DNA from: Tricharina praecox
Taxonomy: Eukaryota
Assembly: GCF_024521635.1 (NCBI RefSeq)
Contig: NW_026250412.1
Coordinates: forward strand, 992,001 to 1,056,000
DNA length: 64,000 nt
Direction: 5' to 3'
Shown piece by piece: positions 57,533 through 64,000 of this stretch. The first letter of the stretch is position 1. Each line of letters begins with the position of its first letter. The notes beneath the pieces are model-generated. The model did no database searches and was not told where the DNA came from. It worked only from the letters and a program-made list of their open reading frames with translations. The translations under genes and the position numbers were made by a program.

Positions 57533-60529
57533 TTACTCAGCCTTATTCAACCCCTTAAGACTGCCCAGACTCAACGCCAACCCCTGCGATCTCGACCGGA
57601 TCCTTACGAATCCCGTGACCGGGCCGTCGTCGCCGTCCTTTTCTATGCTCAGGTTTGCCAGAGCATCCTCGCCTGTGTATCACAATCAATCAGCATCAGC
57701 CGTGCACTATCCAACCAGTCGCTAAGGGAAGGGAAGGGGGGGGGGTATGCATACCGAAAACACTCTTGGCATACAGATTCGCGGAAAGGAATCTGCAATC
57801 GCCCTCCAGACTGGCCTCGGGGGTGAGACACGCCATATTGGTCGCCTTCATGAGGCCATCCAGGAACTCGCGCAGACTCTTGGCCTTGGAGTTGATGTTG
57901 ACCTTGTTCTCCCACTCAAATTCGGTCCACATGGTGCGGAACTGCGTCTCGGTGCAGTGCGCGGGCTGGATGTAGTCCATGATGTCGACGTGCACGTCGT
58001 TCAGGATTACGACGTTGGTTTCGGTGCTGGACGCGCCGTCGTACACCACGTTGCCGAAGATCACGCCCGTGTCGGTGGAGGAGACTTTGATGGTCGACTG
58101 GACGGATTGGAAGGCGTGAGGTCCGAGGTTTTGGGTGGTGGGCCGCTCGACCACTTTGAGGTCACCAAGGGTAGCAAATTCGACGGAGAGATTTTGGAGG
58201 GTTTCGGTGGTCTGATTGACGAGAAGGACATCGAGGATGATGTCGAACTGGTGGACCTTGACGTAGGCCTCGGCGTAGACGGTGTCAGAGAAACCGGTGA
58301 GCTGGACAACGCGGGAGAGTTTGCTGGACAGATCCTCGCTGCCGGCGTCACCGCCAGTGGCTTTCTCGAGGTCCTGGCCGAGCTCATCGGCGCCGTCGGT
58401 GGCGGACTTTTTGCTGAGCTGACGGATGTTGATCACGTCGTCTACCTGGGTCATGTTCCGTCCCTTCTCGGCCTCTTCCTTGGCGGTGCGCTTCTTCTCC
58501 TCTGCTTGGACCATAGCACGGAACGCAGCTCTGGTGTCCTCCAGGAAGACATTCTTGACATCCTTCTTGGTCTCAAACTCTGCGAGCGACCGCACGCAGG
58601 ACATGATACGGTCGATGCTGTCTTCATCGATGGGAGCCTTGGCGAACTGACTTTGACCCACGCGGATGACACTGATCATAATCAACATCGCCTCAGCTTT
58701 GAGAGCGTTTGTCCGTTCAATGTCGTCGGAGATCTCGGCGTGGCGGATTACCAGCTTCGTGAGCGTGGAGGCGAGCACGGTTCCGAGGTAGTAGTCGCCA
58801 TCGAGGATCAACGAACGGAGTGGAGGCTTCGACGCAGCTTTGACCGCCTCGAGCCTGGCGGCAACAGCGGAATCACTGGTGAGAGCGCTCTCTGTGGCAT
58901 AGGTACCATCGGCCAGGACCTTTCGCGAACCGGACGGGACCGATTGCTTCGCTCCGGCGGCCTGTTCTGCGTCTCCTTCGGGTTGCTCGTCCAAAAGCCG
59001 CTGCTCGGAGGCCAGGATGGGGATCTCTCCCAGGTTGGCGCGTATCCGCTTCCATACCTCTCGGATATCCTTCTCCTCGACGCAGTACTCCCCCACAATC
59101 CACATCACACCACGGTATACCTTCCCAGATCGTACCTCTCCCAGCGTCAACATGAGGCGCTCGATGATGGGCGCGCGCAAGTTGGGGAACTTCTCGACGA
59201 CCTCCTTGACAAAGGTGATGACATCGACCGCGGACGCACTGTTGAACTCGCTGATGAAGTCCATGAGCAAGCCGACGACACTGGCTGCCACCTCCGAGAA
59301 CTTGATCGCGCAGGTGTGGATGGCATGGATCAGGAGTTGACGGTATTCGTTGTTCTTCTCGTAGTCCTGGTCCACGGTCTTTGCCAGCTCCTTCTTAAGC
59401 AGCATCACCACCTCCTCGACGTTCTTGCTCGACACCATGTCCATTGCGATATCCAGCGCCTTCCGGCGGACATCAATATCGGGACTCGACAGTACCCGCA
59501 GGATCTCCATAGCCAGCCCATCCAACACGCCCTCATTCTTCTTCCTCAGCAGATCCACCTTCTCCAACACGATGAGCTTGACGTTGTTATCCGACACCTT
59601 GATGCACAGCTCGATAAACTTCCCAGCAGCCGCCTTGATGGCGACGGGGTTTGCCGTTAGCGCCGTCAAGCTCGTTGCCGCCTCGTAGACCACAGTGTTC
59701 GATGACGCCTCGAGAAGATCGAATATTAACCGCAGGTACCTCGACTGCGAGGCATTGATCAGCACACAATGGACCGACCCGGATATCCGCAGACGGCACA
59801 AACCTTATTCCCGGGGTTCATCACCGCATCCTTCCGGATAAACTCAATCAGCGCCAGCTGTGTCAACTCGTCCAGGCTCGAAATCTCATCGAAGACCAGG
59901 GTGAGATAATCCAGCGCCTTCTCGTGGGAGATCGAGCTCAGCGCTACGAACGCATTCCGCTTGCAAGTGTTATCGTTCTCCGCCTGGATGAAAGTGTAGA
60001 TGAGCTCCGGAGCATCGGGGATGAGGTGTTCGGAATGCTGGAATATCGAGCTAACAGCGAGCACGGCGTTCTTCCGGACATACGCATGTCTATGCTCCAG
60101 ACACAGTCTTGCCGAGGAGAGCAGCGGTTCCAGGAGCTCCGCGTCCTTAATCTTGCACAGGAACCTAAGCGTCGCACCACGGATGTACTCGTTCGGATGA
60201 AGCAGATCGTTCCTGATGCCATTGCAGACCAAGATCATTTCCTGCTTCAATTTCCCGCTCGCATCGTGTTTCGGACATATCTCGTAGTAGAAGTAGAGCA
60301 GCTTCTTGAGGGCTTTGCTTTTGCTAGGCATCACGAACCGGATGATGTGCATCAGCAGCTGCGGTAAGGGGTCGCCGTTCAGCATCACTGTGAGAATGTT
60401 GCGCATCGTGTCAATCTTGCCGTCGTCGGTCCCTTTCTCGAGTTGTTGCTGCAGCTGCTGGACGGACGGCTGGTCGGCCGTGTTGTCCATGTGCACCATC
60501 GAGTAGGCGCTCTCGAGGAAGGACGTCAT
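57533..60529 (-). CDS. sec26: coatomer (COPI) subunit beta, 3 exons
   Basis: [91 protein letters not shown]; exons 60529-59804, 59744-57755, 57672-57533. Confidence 0.97.
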
Positions 60530-61039
60530 GCTGGGCGGTAATGTGCGGGATGGTGGGAGCTATCGGGAGGGGGGTGCGCAGCTGCCGAGTGCTCGAGGTG
60601 AGGTCGTGAAAGGAGGGTGTGTATGGGTAGATGGGTATGGATGTTTGGTAGCTGGTTTAGTGTGGTGGTAGTGGGGGGTGAGAGACACTCTGGTCAATTG
60701 TGGTGCTTCCCCCTGCTTCCCGCCAAGACTGTCATGACCACAAATACGCTTTCACGGGGGTTGCGATTGAGAATTGAGCGAGTGCTATACAGTGAATGTA
60801 ATCTATTTGGAAACTGTACAGAACGCAATCCAACGAGAAAAGCAATAACAAGCACTGACTCTGACCCTTCCACCACAGGAGCTATTCGCGCGTAATTCCA
60901 ATACCAAATGCCTCTTACCAGCCAATGTAACCAACTCTAACGAACTCTAACCCGCCTACAAATTAACTCCTATACAGCTCACTTGACTCACTCAAACGTA
61001 TCTATACTTCTTCAATTCTCTCCGACAATACACGCTCTG

Positions 61040-62504
61040 CTAGAGCTTGAATCCCCCCAGTTCATTAACACGACTAACCATCGCGAGAATCGCCGAATTT
61101 GCCACAGCGTTGACAGGCACGGGGGTGATGATCGATGCCGCCGGTAGTCCTGCACAGATGGTGATTCCACCTCGAAAGCTCATTTTCGAGCTAGAATAGC
61201 TACTGCTGAGATAGCAGCTGCCACTTGAGGTAGTAGAACCGGTTGTTGTCCCTGTCCGGACCGAGGAAGACTCGGATTCACCCGTGTTACTGCCCACTGA
61301 TGGGGCAATACTGTATTGGGAACGTCTAGCTTTGGCTCGGAAGAAACTTAGAGGTGGTGGTGTCTTGCGATATTTCTTGGAGGAGGGGAGGGGAGGTGTG
61401 TCCAGTCTCGTGAGCGCGATGAAGGGCTTGTTGATACTGTCGCCGCCGATTATCCGTATGTGAGTGGCTGGAGAAGTTTCCGGCTAGGAAACAATACAGT
61501 CAGTATTCCAGCCACCACAATGCCGGAAAGAAGAGAAGTACCATGACCAGATCGCCATGCACAACAACATGAGATATCTCTTGCGACGCCGCAAGCGGGG
61601 GATGTGGTGCAACAGGTGCCTCTGAGTCCGAACTACTCTCCTCGGTCTCCAAAGACCGATCCTCATGAACCACCTCACTTGGGTTCTCCTCATCCGATTC
61701 CGTCTCGCTCTCCTGCGCATCCTCCTCATCCCCACCAGCCACATCACCCGCGGGCTCCTTCGCCTCCCCCACTCTAAACCTCGAAACCAAATCTCTGACC
61801 GAAATCTTCGGCGGCGTGATCCGTCTCTTCCACAGACTACCCGTAGTCCCCTGCCTCCGAATCCTAAACTTCCTCGAATCGACCTTGACCATCTCCTGAA
61901 CAACCAGCAACGCCTCATCCTCACTATCAGTGAACACCCCCGTCCTCTGCTGTGGGGGCGCCTCCTCGACGACTAACTGCCTAAAAAATGACGAGGGAAC
62001 AATCTTCGCCACGGGCGGAGCCAGAGCCTCAGACGTAGCCTCAGACGCCGACGTATCAGACGTAGACACAGATTCCAGCGGGACCGACATCGGCACGGGC
62101 CCGTCAAGTTCCTCACTGACGACCCTCCTGGCAGCAGCAGCAGCCGCCAGCACCGTCCTCTTCTGCTCCGGCAAGCTGACCCTCCTCCTGCCGGCCACCA
62201 TCCGCGCCTTCCCTTTCCTGATGATCCGCTTGGGCGGGGGCGTGATCTTGACTACCGGCCGCTCCACATCCTGGACCTCCCAGCGTGCAAACGTCTTCCG
62301 GATCGACCGCCGGATTTGGGAGCGGGGGAGCGTGCTGGCCCCTGGCGTGACGATACTGGCAATGGTCCGTTTCCGCGGCAGCGGAGATTTGCGGGTTGCG
62401 GGTGTGGATGATAGGGCTTCGAATTTGGCGATTAGGCTGGATACTCGCGCAGCGACTTTGCGGGTGAAGGAGGGGCGGTTGGGGATGGGGGGTATGGGCG
62501 CCAT
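61040..62504 (-). CDS. hypothetical low-complexity protein (probably 2 exons)
   Basis: 334-aa ORF (KVAARVSSLIAKFEAL, SVRDLVSRF) plus a downstream S/T-rich frame ending at 61040; probable intron ~61541-61484. Confidence 0.55.
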
Positions 62505-62860
62505 GACGATGGCTGCTGGGAGGCTAACGGATGGAGATGGGGTTTATGATGGTGGTGGAGAGTGGTGGAGAGTGGTGGAGGAGAGGGCAAGACATGGGAA
62601 ACCAGTGGTAATGGGCGACGTCAATAGTCGCTGCAGGGCCGTCCTGTTTGGGACACTGGTGGATGTTGGCCACAGTGGTAGCAGTAGACGGCAACGGGAG
62701 GATGGGAGGATGAATGATCCGAAACTCTGCTGTACAAGACCAAACTCCAAATGAGGTAAGGAAGCAGCAGAGCAGATACACAAATCTACACCCAAATCGA
62801 AAACATAATCAATAACGAGGGCATAGCAATCCTCAGTAGTATAAATGCATCAGTCATTCA

Positions 62861-63925
<1,065 letters not shown>

Positions 63926-64000
63926 GATTGGATTGGGCGGGCGTGTGTTGGGTGAAGAAGACGATTGAGTTTGAAATTGAAGAAGATGGAAGCAGAGGGC

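Noticed and set aside
57747-59660. 637-aa plus-strand ORF
   Set aside because: Antisense shadow of the codon-biased sec26 exon 2.

Overview
Filamentous-ascomycete genomic DNA (GT-AG introns with CTRAC/CTAAC branch sites; Pezizomycetes is a guess). Gene-dense housekeeping blocks sit at both ends. At 0-5.2 kb are a coilin-like N-terminal-domain gene and a Swc3-like gene. At 53-64 kb are Ecd/SGT1-family, DUF726, COPI beta/Sec26 and Rab6/Ypt6 genes. Between them is a ~46 kb gene-poor island with a few accessory genes: secreted aldose 1-epimerase, SDR, secreted Cys-rich protein, epoxide hydrolase and a LaeA-like methyltransferase. The island is largely a mosaic of recurring non-coding modules. Family A (15 copies) is a ~120-nt unit with upstream TATA, tRNA-type A- and B-boxes, an oligo-T terminator and stems showing compensatory and G-U changes. 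It reads like a multicopy RNA polymerase III structured-RNA gene that is neither a tRNA nor a classical SINE. Family B (5 copies) is a ~1.2-1.7 kb unit with TATA, a CT-rich leader, a conserved 36-39 nt intron-like segment and ~750 nt of dense covarying hairpins with no conserved ORF. It occurs in circularly permuted forms and is usually bracketed by A copies. Non-autonomous DNA transposons (TA-TSD MITEs, hAT-like MITEs, a CMC/CACTA-like element) are nested in these modules. All calls were made by eye; no alignment, folding or database search was run, and repeat boundaries are approximate.
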